A stretch of DNA of 64,000 nt, from NCBI GenBank assembly GCA_951406725.2, contig OX597814.1, forward strand, positions 83,142,001 through 83,206,000, written 5' to 3'. Each line of letters begins with the position of its first letter. Within the stretch, counting starts at the first letter, position 1. Made by a program: the position numbers and the translations under genes. Positions 26,312 to 39,018 of the stretch are shown piece by piece. The notes under the pieces were generated by a model, which saw only the letters and a program-made list of their open reading frames with translations, did no database searches and was not told the origin of the DNA. This stretch comes from Octopus vulgaris. Its lineage: Eukaryota.

Positions 26312-27578
26312 TTAGGTCTTCCCATAAATAATGCGGTTTTTCAATTGCATGAACTAAAAGTCAGAGGGGATGGGATAAACTACCTACATCAACTTGCTAT
26401 AAAAGCAGGTAGTAATTTTACCTTGTGCTTATTCTTAGTGCAAGTTTTGAAGAGTGCAGTTCGATTTTAACAGTTATTTTTCAAAGCTATAATGGAAGTG
26501 ACAAAGGAGCATATTCGTATTTGCTTTATGAGTTCAATAAAGACAACAGCACAATGGAAAGTGCAAGGAATATTAATGCAGTATATGGGGATCGGACAAT
26601 AAGTGTAAGCTACTGTCAGTGGTGATTCCAGAAATTCCAAGCCAGAAACTACAGCCTAGAAGACAAGTGTCATGCTCGAATATCTGTAGAGCTCAACAAG
26701 AATGTCCTTCAAACCCTTGGGAAACAAAATCTGATCATAACTGTTGAGGAACTAGCAGAGTAGCTTGGATATGGTCATTGAACCATTCAGTGACAACTGC
26801 ATGCCATCAGAAAATTCAGCAAATTTGGTCAATGGGTTCTTCACAAACTTTCCAAGTCTAATCATGTACAGAGTGAATGTGTGCTCTTCTTTGTTGTCAT
26901 GTCTCATGAATGAAACTTTTTTGGACTGAATAGTGACTGGTGATAAGAAATAGGTTCTCTATAAAAATGTCAAGCACCAAAGACAGTGGGTTGGGAAAGG
27001 AGAAACACTGGCAACCCAGGCTAAAGAAGGTCTTCAGTCACATAAGGTGTTGTTATCTGTTTGGTGGGATATGAAAAGTTTTGTCCACTTTTAACTTTTA
27101 AACCCAAATCAAACGATAACAAAGGAGATCTACTGCTAACAATTTGAGTGGCTTAAGTCAGCCCTAGAAGAAAAATGACCAAAAAAAGGACAAAAGGTGC
27201 TCTTCCATCAGGGTAATGCTTGGCCACATACAGGGGGATGATGTTCCAAAGGCTGGAGTTGTTTGAATGGGAAATGATCCCCCTCCTACCATATTCGCCG
27301 GACATTGCCCCATTTGATTATCATTTATTTCACAGTCTTCAAAATCACTTGGACAGAAAATATATGAATTCTCTAGACAAGGTCAGAACAGTAGTGGAGT
27401 ATTTTTCATCATGGAGAAGTGAATTTTGGAAGAAGGGCTTTGCAAAGTCTATCAGGGAGGTGGAAGAGCATTTTATAAAATGAAGGAGAGTATATTTTAG
27501 ACTAAAAAAGAACTTTATCTTAATTTTGAAAAATAAGAGAAGTATAAAAAAAACTGCATTATTTATGCGATGGCCCAA
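26312..27578 (+). mobile_element. Mariner transposon, family 1 copy B; transposase pseudogene 26492-27505
   Basis: TIRs with TA duplications at 26310-11 and 27579-80; motifs VTGDKK, KVLLSVWWD, FHQGNA, PYSPDIAPFDYHLF; multiple stops. Confidence 0.95.
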
Positions 27579-27697
27579 TAATTGGCTAGGTTTGTCAATC
27601 TTTATGTCCTTGATAAAGTATTTTTCTTAGATAATTGCTTTGTGTAAAATTCAATATAGGCATTTTTCTATTGTCTTTTTCAACAATGTGATGCCTA

Positions 27698-27744
<47 letters not shown>

Positions 27745-27754
27745 TTGTTCATGA

Positions 27755-28050
27755 CCCTTTCTCTTTAACTTGTCTTCCCTCAACCTATCTTCTGTTCTGC
27801 TTCCACTTTCCTTCCTTTTCCTCTTTCTCTTTTTGTTGCCGACAACCACATGTGAATCATTGGCGATTTTTGTTCCTCCGTCTTCCTTTTCTATTGGACT
27901 TTCCTCTGTCTCCTGTTTCTGAAGAAGAGCTTTACTCGAAACAAAACCACCTTTCTTTCCTTCCCTGAGCATCTGCTAATACTTAACTTGTACCATGTCC
28001 TTGTGGCGTTGTTTTTTTTTTGTGGTTGTTTTCCATTTTTTGGGATTTAC
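27755..28050 (+). mobile_element. Penelope-like terminal repeat fragment with a decayed minimal hammerhead at ~27915-27947
   Basis: gttt CTGAAGA a gag cttta ctc GAAAC aaaac; pyrimidine-rich unit bounded by (TA)n on both sides. Confidence 0.6.
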
Positions 28051-28105
28051 TATATATATATATATATATATATATAATAGTAGCCAATATTCATTTTCAT
28101 TAAAT

Positions 28106-28282
28106 GTAGTGAGCTGGCAGAACTGTATGCATGCCGAGCAAAATGCTTAGTGCCATTTCATCTGTCTTTATGGTCTGAATTTAAATTCCGCCAAGGTTGA
28201 CTTTGCCTTTGAACACTAGCATCAATGTAATCAACTTAGTCTTCTTGAAATTTCTGGTCGTGTGTTAAAGTTTGAAACCAAT
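28106..28282 (+). mobile_element. SINE family C copy with internal deletion
   Basis: gtagtgagctggcagaac...aaatgcttag...aaggttgactttgccttt. Confidence 0.8.
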
Positions 28283-28496
28283 ATTTCTGTTCATTGGTTG
28301 ATATTTCTATAGAGAGAAAGAGGAGAAAGAGTAAAAGAGAGATCAGAAAGACAATGTAAGAGGTGTGGAATGACTACACTCACTTACTAGGCTTTTTGGC
28401 AAAAATACTACATACACACACATAAAAAAATACTACATACACACACAGTGAGAGAGAAAGAAGTGTAGAGACAGATGACGAGGTGGGGAGAGATGG

Positions 28497-28528
<32 letters not shown>

Positions 28529-28992
28529 ATCAAAAAGGGTAATGACATAGATTATTATTACCAGTGGCCTAGCACAAAAGACGAATTAGTCATTAGACAA
28601 AAATATTATTCATATAGAAAAATATTATTCATATAGAAATATAATTAAGGGCTCCCAAATAAAGAAGCTTAGTGCTAGGGACACAAAAAAGGGATAAATT
28701 CATCGAGAGTGAAAATCAAAAACATTTACCATTAACGATATATCCCGGACTGATCAGTTTCTACCTCTTTCTAGCAAAACAGACAGAATATGTTTGCCAA
28801 TATATATATATTTGCTTTTGAAAATTAGTATTTATTTCATCATTTGTAATAAGCATCAAGAGATTTTATAAAAGTTAAATTATGAGAAAAGTAGTTTTTT
28901 TAAAGTCTCTTATGGTAGAATGTGTGTGTAATTCAATCGATTGACTAAAGGAGTATATGAGAGTGTGTGTGTGTGTGTGTGTGTGTGTATAC

Positions 28993-29045
<53 letters not shown>

Positions 29046-29699
29046 ACTTTATCACTACCACAAATTACTTATCTTTTTCTTGTTATGTCAATAACGGACA
29101 AGGCATCTCTGCATGGCTGCTCTAGATGCTATATATAACGGCCAAATTTCCTTTAATTCAAGCAGTTTCTCATCGTTTTGTTGCAGATTTGTTGCAGCTA
29201 GTATTATCCAGAAACCTATCTTTGCAAAATTCCATATACTTAAAGCATGCAGGTTTACAACTCAGACCACTAGAGAATAGGAGCAGAGACACTGTAGTAT
29301 CTTTTATATTTCTACTGGTTTTGCTGCAGCATTTATTGTGGATGTGCATAGTTTGCACATGGGCTACATTTTCATTCACAAAGACCAACTTGAATATAAC
29401 TTAGAATGCTTTAAAAAATATCATGCATAAACTGTCAGGGCAAACGAGCAAATTAGGGAGAGGATAATTACATCTCTTAATGTGATTTTATATGGGTATG
29501 TTTTTCCTTCAATGCAATTAAAAAATTTTTCCTAATGATTCCAAAGTCATTAGGAATAAAATAAAATTGTTTTGTTAAATTTTTTAAATTAAAGCTTCTA
29601 TTCTACAAACACTCAAAATTATGCCCTTCTTTCTTTAAAACAGTGAGGGCATTCAAGAGTTTATTGGGTAATAGAGTATTAGATACTTTATACTTGAAG

Positions 29700-29805
29700 T
29701 TCTTCTTCTTCTTCTTCTTCTTCTTCTTCTTCTTCTTCTTCTTCTTCTTCTTCTTCTTCTTCTTCTTCTTCTTCTCCACCTCCTTCTTCTTCTTCATCAT
29801 CATCA
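29700..29805. repeat. (CTT)n microsatellite
   Basis: Direct inspection; source of the poly-K ORF. Confidence 0.98.
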
Positions 29806-30141
29806 AATAGCCTCTAGAATCAATGTTTATGGGATGGCATATATATATATCATCAAACATGGTGTATTTGTTATTTATTGATGCTTGTATACATGGTGAT
29901 TCCATGATTTCTTTTATTATCTGCTTTTAACAGCAGGTATTTTATCCATCAGTTTGAAAAGCAGCAGCAATGAGTCCTTTGTAAGCTGAAAGAAGTTGTC
30001 AGCTTGTAGAACTATCAAAACATATTGGTGAGGAAAATGTAGATAAATGCTAGAGAAAAAACATGAATCTATTGCATAAATCTATAGATCTATGCTATCC
30101 AAGAAAAATAATACACATTCATGATATATATATATATATAT

Positions 30142-30311
30142 TTCATCATGTTGAACTGTTAATCCCTACACATTTTTTCTCTCTATGTATTTCTGTTTTC
30201 TCTCCATTTTTTCCTCTCAATCCTTTCTGTCAAAGAGCATAGGCTTGAAACATCTAAGACTTATCCATTCTTCCTGAGCATTAAACTAATGCACCTGCTT
30301 GGTGTTCCCTC
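30142..30311 (+). mobile_element. Penelope-like terminal repeat fragment with a CpG-decayed hammerhead-like motif at ~30223-30258
   Basis: cttt CTGTCAA a gagc atag gctt GAAAC atc taag; downstream cctgagcat..ctaat shared with the 27755 unit; flanked by (TA)n. Confidence 0.5.
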
Positions 30312-30517
30312 ATATATATATATACATACAGACACAAGGAAAATTGGTGACAGTGGCTGAAATTTCACTGGTTATTTGCCTTGGTAATCTGCAAAGGCTG
30401 ATGTACAGTAAAATTTCAAAGTCACTATCACTACTTTTTCTTATGAAATACACAATGTACTCTACTTTTATATATTGAATACAACTTCTGTTAACATTTG
30501 TTTGTTTATTTATACAT

Positions 30518-30810
30518 GGAAGGTGCATGGCCTACTGGTTATGGTGCTGCACTCATGATTACAAGATCATGGTCTTCATTCCTGTATTGTATTGTTGAGA
30601 AATACACTTTATTTCGCATTTCTCCTATATGCATAGCTGTAAATGAGTAAACCCCACAATGGATTGGCATTCCATTCACGGGTAAGGTGGGCCTGCTTGC
30701 CTAGCCTGTGGCATGATATCATTTGAAAGCTAAAACAATGTGATGAAGTGCACTGTAACCAGCAGTGTATAACTACATCTGATAGTCTGATTGATACTGT
30801 CTCATACAGT
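30518..30810 (+). mobile_element. Old tRNA-derived SINE (family E; related head at 35230-35402)
   Basis: A-box-like tggcctactggtta; internal ccccacaatggattggcattccattcacggg resembles the V-SINE domain. Confidence 0.55.
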
Positions 30811-32768
30811 GATATTTATATATAAAACACACACATTATGTCTATGTGTGCTATGTCCAGAGATGCTTGTGGGAAGTGGAGAGTCAGTGAAGACATGAGA
30901 AGTTGTTTATATCCAGGTCAGCATTGACTGAATAAACCAGTGATTAAAGGCCTTCTGGTCATCTCTGTCTTGACATTTTTTTTCAGATATAGGTGTCTCT
31001 TGGACTACATTCCATTTTTAAGACAACTGGTTGTGGTTTCTAATTCAAGCTGGTTGAATAAATACATTGAAACTCCTTCATTGACTTCTTCCATACTTAG
31101 ATGTTGAGAGGTCAGGAGTGATGCTCAGCTTCACAGACAAGAAGAATGGCAGTTTGCTATATTGCAAACTTATATGACTCATGCTTGCATTGAAATATAA
31201 TGAATCTTAAAAGGACGAAGGTAATAAGATTGTGGAGAAGAAAATGATAAAATAACATCTGTCTTGAATAGCAAAAGCTAAGTTTAAAAATTTCTCTTAA
31301 ATATGCAAAGAAATCTTTAACTCTGGCAAATGTGATTTAAGAGTTTACTTGAACTTTTTAATTAGATATCTTTATCAATAATGCATTGTTTCTATTAAAT
31401 TAAAGAAACCATGATAATATTTGAGCTTAGTGTATATACATACACACACACACTGACACACACATATATGCACACATACATATGTAAATGTACACACACA
31501 TACAAAACACTCAACAGTTATACAATTATATAATGCTCTCACTTTTCATAATAGCAAACTATCTTGATGCAAGCCAATGGAGGAAGTCTCAATGCATTTT
31601 TTTGACTTGTTGAAAATAGCAAACAAACTTGACTTAAATCATGCCTTCACTTTTAAATCTAAATAAAAGAAAGATATAATGGACAATGTAGTTCCTGATA
31701 CACTAACAAAAAAACAAAAAAGGCTGGTCACAGCTGGAGCATCTTTGATCATAGACCTATTTGATTGGATCGGAATTGGCTTACATTTAAACAACAGTAT
31801 TTCATGGTACAATTTTATAGTTAAGTAGACTGAATGAGCAAGGATTAAGTGTTTGGACCATAGATACAGATCACTGGCTGTCATGAGATAGAAACAAATG
31901 ACCTCTTGACCGAGTTAGCATTACCTTTCATGTTATATTAGAATTAATTAAAAAACTAATCTGCTATTTGGAATAACTAGAAAACAAATGATTCATTTCT
32001 AAGCATGATTTTTCATTATTGTTGTTGTTGCTGCTGCTGTTGTTGTTGTTGTTGTTGTTGTTTCATTTCTAAAGTTCATTTTGGCAACAATTCTCAGAAA
32101 CATTTATTCATAAACCACCACAATATATAGCATTTACTTTCTAATGCTGTCATCATATATTATGGTAAGATTTTATTGATCTTATCTTCAGAAGCTTTTA
32201 AGCATCATTAGATTTACAGAAATTGCCTACAGCAGTTTTTGATATTGCACAAGTGTGAACATCGTTATCTATGCACAATCTCATCAGTTGGTAACTTTTT
32301 GCATAAATTTCAGGAAAAAACATATGGGCCAGTATATTGGTCGATCACTTTGGGATTTTATGTTGCAAAAGCTATGATTTTACAAATCTTCTGAAGGTTC
32401 TCACTGATTGTAAACATTTTTATATTGATATCTTGAACATTAGCATTAGAAGTTCCCACTCACCTTTAATATTCATTCTTGCATTTATTTATTTATGAAA
32501 TTAAATTACAACATTGAAATATTGGAAATGAGAGGGATTAGGTATTATTATCAAGGTAGAAATGACTGGGTGGCGTTAGATATCAGTCGGTAAGGTGGGG
32601 AAGACAACAGAGGTGAAGAATCAATAGAATAATGATTGGGTGTGAATGTCTGAATGTCCTTTTTTAAGATTGTAGGCTGTGGTTTGAGGTATACTTGGTT
32701 GCTTTTTCAAGCAAGTTGAGTCTCCATGTTAACTTGTAATAATAAGATTGAAATAATCATTATGTTAA

Positions 32769-32988
32769 CCCTTTTTTCCCCCATATTTCTGTTCAAATAT
32801 ACTGCTTTTGTTTTTATTAGTTTTGAAAGTAATGAAGAATTTAGGAATATAACTTTGTCATTATGAAGCTGGTGTTTAGGACACAAGTTAACATGAAATT
32901 TTGATGGAAGGTTTTAATTAAGATCATTTTAAAACACAGAGTTTTCTAAGAGCCAAGGGCATTTTCAAACAAGTTGGTATCAAAAGGG
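32769..32988. mobile_element. piggyBac-type MITE
   Basis: TTAA-ccctttt ... aaaaggg-TTAA termini. Confidence 0.8.
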
Positions 32989-33859
32989 TTAATAAGATGG
33001 GCATCTGTGAGGTATTAGATGGGTCGGAATTTATTGGATATTCATAGGCCAGGAATTGTCTTGATGTGTTAATGGGGTGGCTATTTTGATGAGATGGATT
33101 TGATGAAACCAAACCATAGAAGATGACTGAGGTATAAATAGAGAAAGGATAACTCTAAAGTAAGGGTGGTGTAAAAGGATTTGAGGTACTGTGTTATGTA
33201 AGTTGGCTGAACTTAATTTGTGCTGTATCTTTTACTTTAGATGCTTGTGGTTGCTGCTTATTTCTGAGAAATATTTTATATGCTAAGAGACATGTGCAGG
33301 CCCCCTTATTCTAACATGTTTTGCATTAAGTGATTTATTCCACCAGTTTCTGTGAGAGAATTATGATTTATTGCAGAATTTTACTTCAAACATATAAACT
33401 GTTACACACTACCTTTGTTACAATAATAAATAGTACCTCAATATGGGTTGTTAAATGCCAAAATAGATTGTTAAGATTTGCTTTTTCTAAGGTTACAATA
33501 TTATACCAATCGTAGAATATATTTTGATTCCCTGTCTGATTAGCCAAGATCCATTTGTCCATTTCTTTTTAATAATTCAGCTGTAAAGTGTTTCTTACAA
33601 ATAGTTGCCACTGTTGCAAAAACAGAAAAGACCTAGATTGCTATGCTACCAGTATCAGTAGGATGAGCTGATGTGAGAACTGCTACATGGTTGCTTAACC
33701 CTTAAATGGTGGACATCATCAATTGACCTTTCATTAGAGAACATCATCAAAGAAAAGTGAATATTTTATAGCACTTTTTGATAATGAGTTTGTATATTCT
33801 ATTGTATAAGAAACAAACAATTGTTATAGTTTTTGTATATATTTAAGTGAAAATACATA

Positions 33860-34210
33860 TAGGCGCAGGAGTGGCTATGTGGTAAGTAGCTTGCTAACCA
33901 ACCACATGGTTCCGGGTTCAGCCCAGGGCTGACCAATGCCTTGTGAGTGGATTTGGTAGATGGAAACTGAAAGAAGCCTGTCATATATATGTATATATAT
34001 ATATATATGTATGTGTGTGTCTGTGTTTGTCCCCCTAGCATTGCTTGACAACCGATGCTGGTGTGTTTACGTCCCTGTCACTTAGCGGTTTGGCAAAAAG
34101 AGACCGATAGAATAAGTACTGGGCTTACAAAGAATAAGTCTTGGGGTTGATTTGCTCGACTAAAGGCGGTGCTCCAGCATGACTGAAACAAGTAAAAGAA
34201 GAAAAAAAAA
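33860..34210 (+). mobile_element. Young SINE family A copy, immediately followed by an RTE 3' tail (34215-34425)
   Basis: aggcgcaggagtggctatgtggtaag head, B box, central microsatellite, tail ...gactgaaacaagtaaaag. Confidence 0.92.
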
Positions 34211-35819
34211 AAAGATATTAGACTGGTCAATACCAGTGACATGTAAAAGGCACCCATGTTGGTGATACAAAAGACACCTTGGACTGGTGTTAGGAAGGAC
34301 ATCCAGCTGTAGAAACCAAACCAAAACAGATTGGAGCCTGGTGCAGCTCTCCAGCTTACCATCTCCAGTGAAACTGTCTAACCCATGCCAGCATAGAAAA
34401 CTGGCATTAAATAATGATAATGATGTATAAAAATTACCCTGAAGAAAAACATTTTTTGTTTTTACCCATTTGACACATTTTTATGCAAACCATTCCCATT
34501 ATCCAAGGGTTAATATGCTAGAAATGATAATCAAATTCTCTCATTATACACCTATACTTTCTTAAAAAAGACAATGTAATCTTAAATTCACTATGACAGA
34601 AGAAAAAGAAGAAAAAAGACTGCTTTATTGTAGGTGGACTGTTTTTGAACAAGTGTCTGCTTAATCAAAGCCAACTTGGGGGTTAAACAACAACAATATT
34701 CTTTGGCATTGTTCTTAGAGAACAGATATATTCATGCCAATTTAGAAAAATATAGCTGAAGTGAGTAATAAAACAAGTGAAACACCAGACAGTATTTGAC
34801 ATCATTTTTCATCATGAAATCAAATGAAAGGAAAATGAAGCCAAACATCAGCTGCTTAACTACTCATGTAGTCAGTGATATCGAGTATAATTAGCTCTAT
34901 TGATGATGTCAGCAAAGAATAAATAATAGTTTTCTATAATCAGGAATTTGGAGTTAATTGTCCATACAACCATAATAGCACATCTAAAGTCTGTAAATAT
35001 TGGAATGAACAGTTTTATGCCCACTTCCTTCGAAGCAGCCAAATCTCCCTCAAACTACACTCAACTTTTTTTGAAAGAGAAAAGGACACATTAAATAATG
35101 AAGTTCTAAATACTGCCAAAAAGATGAAATAATCATGGTTTCAATGTTTTTGATTATAAGCTTGTTCAGTTTGGGCTGAGGGTTAAGCAACTGCAGCAAC
35201 ATGTAAATATCAATTTAGAAATATTAGAGTGAATGCTCATGGTGTAGCGGTTAGGGTATTTGGCTCATGATCATTTGGTCATGAGTTCAAATTCCCTTTA
35301 CATCATGTTGCTCCAATTCACTCAGCTGGCAAGAATGAGTAGTGCCTGTATTTCAAAGGGCCAGCCTCGCCTCACTCTGTATCTCCCTGAGAACTACGTT
35401 AACCCCATAATGTCTGTTGACATAAATCTACATGTACTGTGTACTCGCTTTGAATCAGATGTTGAAAATATACACAGCCCTATCTGCTACGCTTTTATAC
35501 CTGTTTGTGTACTGGTTAATGTAAATATCCGCTATCACTCACAGAATCAGTAATAGAGGCCACCATGCAAATCTCAAGGAATCTGATAGGTTTGTTAGAC
35601 TCTTCATGTAAATATTTCCAACTCAGTTTGAGACTTCATCACCATAATACTATAAAAGCAGCAGTCTTGGCAGTTACCATTTCCACTATGATTTCTTATC
35701 AAATTCATACATGTTCAGCAAATTCTTTTGGTCCTTCACCAATTTTACAGTTGCATCCAGCTATGTCAGTTTCGTTGAATTTACAGTATTTATATATATT
35801 TATGAGTATTTTTAAATAT

Positions 35820-36383
35820 TTTTAAATACCTACGAGTTTTTATCTTATATCATATCGACGTTTTTTATACCTATTTATGTATCTATGTGTTTATATATTT
35901 TTAGATATTTTAAAATATTTGCATGTTTTTAAATATTAAATATTTATATGTTTATATTCTTATATGTTATTAATACTAATATTATTTCGAAATTTCAATT
36001 GATTTCTTAATGTCGAAGAAAGTACACATATATATTGAATATTCTATTGGATAATAGGTCATGTTCCATTAGTTTTCTGCTGGTATTGCCTCCATTCAAA
36101 TTATAAATTGGAACTTAGCTCAATTTGAGTACTTCGATTCTAGCCTGTTTCTGAGTATTGTAAAAGTTAACAATCTCTATATAATATATATATATATTTA
36201 TATATATATAATATATATGTGTACTTTCTTTGACATTAATAAATAAATCTAAAGTTCGAGATAATACTAGTATTAAAAACATACAAGTATATAAACATAT
36301 AAATATTTAATATTTAAAAACACGCAAATATTTAAAAATATTTTTAAATATTTAAAATATTTATAAATGCGTAGGCATTTCAA
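35820..36383. repeat. AT-rich long inverted repeat (best-matching arms ~35900-36040 / 36210-36350), possibly a Penelope-like inverted end
   Basis: aatgtcgaagaaagtacacatatatatt vs aatatatatgtgtactttctttgacatt; outer match aaatacctacg vs cgtaggcattt. Confidence 0.8.
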
Positions 36384-36737
36384 GGCTGAAATCTCCACTT
36401 CTGAATTTTGCAAATCATCTTCTGCAAGTTCTTTCATTCAAACATTCTTTCCCATAAACTGAGTGTATATTTCGAGTTGCTTCGGCTGCAGAGTTTCTGT
36501 TTTTTGTACTCACAAAGCATTATGTGCTTTAAATGCTCTGTGGATAGTTCTATTTTAGAAAGGGTTTTAATGAAAGAAATTTTAATTCTATTATTCTGTA
36601 AAATAATATTTAATTAGTTTAAATGTACACAAATGTATAAAAATAATTTTTAATTCCATTAGACATTCTAAAATACTATTAAATTTCATCCAATTGTAAA
36701 AAAGGTAAAATCGTTCAGAACTTATGAGATGACCTGA
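36377..36737 (-). mobile_element. 5' third of a mariner of another family
   Basis: Terminus TA-tcaggtcatctcataagttctg; translation ELSTEHLKHIML..NSAAEATRNIHSVYGKECLNERTCRR*FAKFRSGDFSLE (mariner HTH region). Confidence 0.85.
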
Positions 36738-37269
36738 TAGTTAAGGGAGCTTTGGCTGGTATTTTATTTGGTTAGATGACAATGCAAAAGTTGTGTTGCT
36801 GGTTTTACTAAGTTTACTGCTTATGTCAACTGTAGTAATCTAAACAATTTATAACCAAATTATTTTTAACGTCCGTTGTTTAATAAACACAAGTTAAATT
36901 TCTTACTTCAGTAAATAAAATCATTGTCTATAGTTTAATATTAGTCAGGAAATTGGATCATTGATTCAAACATTTGCTTTGTCAATACCATCAATTTTGC
37001 AAACTATCACAACAGACAGTTCTCAGTTACAATAATATATTTACTGAGCTTAATAATGATAGCTTAACATTTCAAAGTGGATGCAATTCTCTGAGATCTG
37101 AAAAGAAAGAAATACAGAATATTTGTACAGTTGTATACTGACTACAGCAGAAAAACACTCTTTCATTTTAGTACTTTGTTTTCTTAATATAAGAGTTGAA
37201 ATAGGTAGCAAATTCTTTCTTACTTTTTCTTTTTGCATGCATATGCTTTAAATGAATCTTTTGTCTTCT

Positions 37270-37455
37270 ACTTACTTCAGTCTGTTCCCATGCTGGAGCA
37301 CTGCCTTGAAGGGTTTTGTTGAACCAAGTGACCCCAATATTTATTTTTTAAGTATGTTACTTATTCTTTTGATCTTTTTTGCTGAGCTACTAAGTTATAA
37401 GGAAATAAACTAACCAACACTGATTGTCAAGAGGTGGGGGAGGGATAAACACACG

Positions 37456-37501
<46 letters not shown>

Positions 37502-37650
37502 TAAACACATACACACATACAATGGGCTTCCATTCTGTCTACCAAATTCTCTCACAAGGCATTAGTCAGCATGGGTTATAAGTACAACTGAACCTGGAAC
37601 CATGTGGTTGCAAAGCAAACTTCTTCATCACACAATTGTGCCTGTACCTA
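37270..37650 (-). mobile_element. SINE family A copy
   Basis: Colinear with 7508-7885. Confidence 0.8.
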
Positions 37651-38953
37651 TAGAGAAAGAATCCAAATTAACTGAGACATACTGAAAGAAAAAATTAAAA
37701 GATAAAGAAAAGATTTGATTGAAAAGTTAATCCACATTCCTGGATTCATCAATTCCCAACATCAATTTTAGGTTAAGTTTATATATGTGAATGAATTCAC
37801 TTCCTACTCTGATCAACTTTATCTTTGCTTTTTGCTCTTCTGGGGTTGGTATAATAAAATGCCAGTTAAATATTGGTGTCAATATAGTCGATTATACACT
37901 TGTCCCAAAATTTGTTGCATTTTGTCTGTTAGGAATCAATATTTTTCTGTTATCCTAACATGAGAATTGTATTGAAAATAATGCAAAAACAAGCAAAACT
38001 TTTACATTAACTAATGTGAGTCATTCAAATTGCACATGCTGATAAAGCAATGCTTCCTCTATACAAAGATATTACTCAATATAGTCTCCTTAAACGATGC
38101 ATTTGCACTATCATTGAACAAAAGACTGTTCTTCATTAGACTTTATAGCTGGAAGTTGACAGGTACCAGATCCAGCTTGTATAATTGAGGTTGTACCACT
38201 GACCAGCCCAGTTGGCTAATTGTCATATTTGTTGTTAATGATGTGTGTGATCATGTATTGTCATAGCAATACATGTTTACTTCACGACTATATGGGATTT
38301 GGGTTCAGTCATACTGTATGTTACCTTGGACAAGAATCTACTATGGCTCCTGGTTCATCAATGCTTTGTGAGTGAATTTGGTAGATGTAAACTATATGGA
38401 AGCCAATCATGTTTACATATGTATTTTGTGTGTGTGTATACGTGCAGCATGCATGTGTGTGTACATGCATGTGTGCATGTATGTGTATACACTGATGAAT
38501 GTGAAATAAGGTAAATAAAAAGTACTCAAATACTTTTTTTATTAAAGCCAAAAAAATCTCTGTATCTATCCACTGCCTATCAATCTATCTATCTGCCTGT
38601 CTGTCTGTCTGTCTGTGTGTACACACACAAACACAGTAGGTGAAAAGACAGTATTATGAGCAGATAAAAGATGAACAACAATTTGTGGTTGGAGTAGTCC
38701 AGATTCTTAGAATCCTACCTCTTACTCAAGGTAGAATTGTTTCCACGGAATTTATCTCTTTGTGTGTGTGCTTGCATATGTGTAAAGAGAGAATTCTCTT
38801 TGAATTGCAATTTGGTAGCACATTTGTCAGCTGAACATTAAAAATAGCCTTCGCTTCTTTAGAAACTTTATCTCTTTACTTATTATTCAACGTAATCCAG
38901 TTTTAGCACATACATTCAGTAACTATTACGAAAATATCTCATTTTGCCTACAG

Positions 38954-39018
38954 ATCAAAATTAATGATGACATATATGCATCGATTGTTTCACTTTGTTT
39001 AATATGTATTTCATTTAT
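38954..39018 (+). CDS. Candidate small exon IKINDDIYASIVSLCLICISF
   Basis: ctcattttgcctacag acceptor, gtgagt donor, only frame 0 open. Confidence 0.35.

Noticed and set aside
27595-27972. 125-aa K/R/E-rich ORF resembling an NLS protein
   Set aside because: Antisense of a pyrimidine-rich repeat unit plus microsatellite.
28400-28640. Short direct repeats (~19-20 bp, twice each)
   Set aside because: Simple slippage duplications; no repeat-spacer periodicity, not CRISPR-like.
28740-28770. Minus-strand GAAACTGATCAGTC (palindromic stem III plus GTC) in a TA-flanked unit
   Set aside because: The CTGANGA half and stem II are absent; at most a truncated relic, so not called.
29060-29410. Unique sequence with overlapping ORFs on both strands
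   Set aside because: No convincing splice-site pair or recognisable motif; cannot be supported as coding.
29603-29905. Poly-lysine ORF
   Set aside because: (CTT)n microsatellite.
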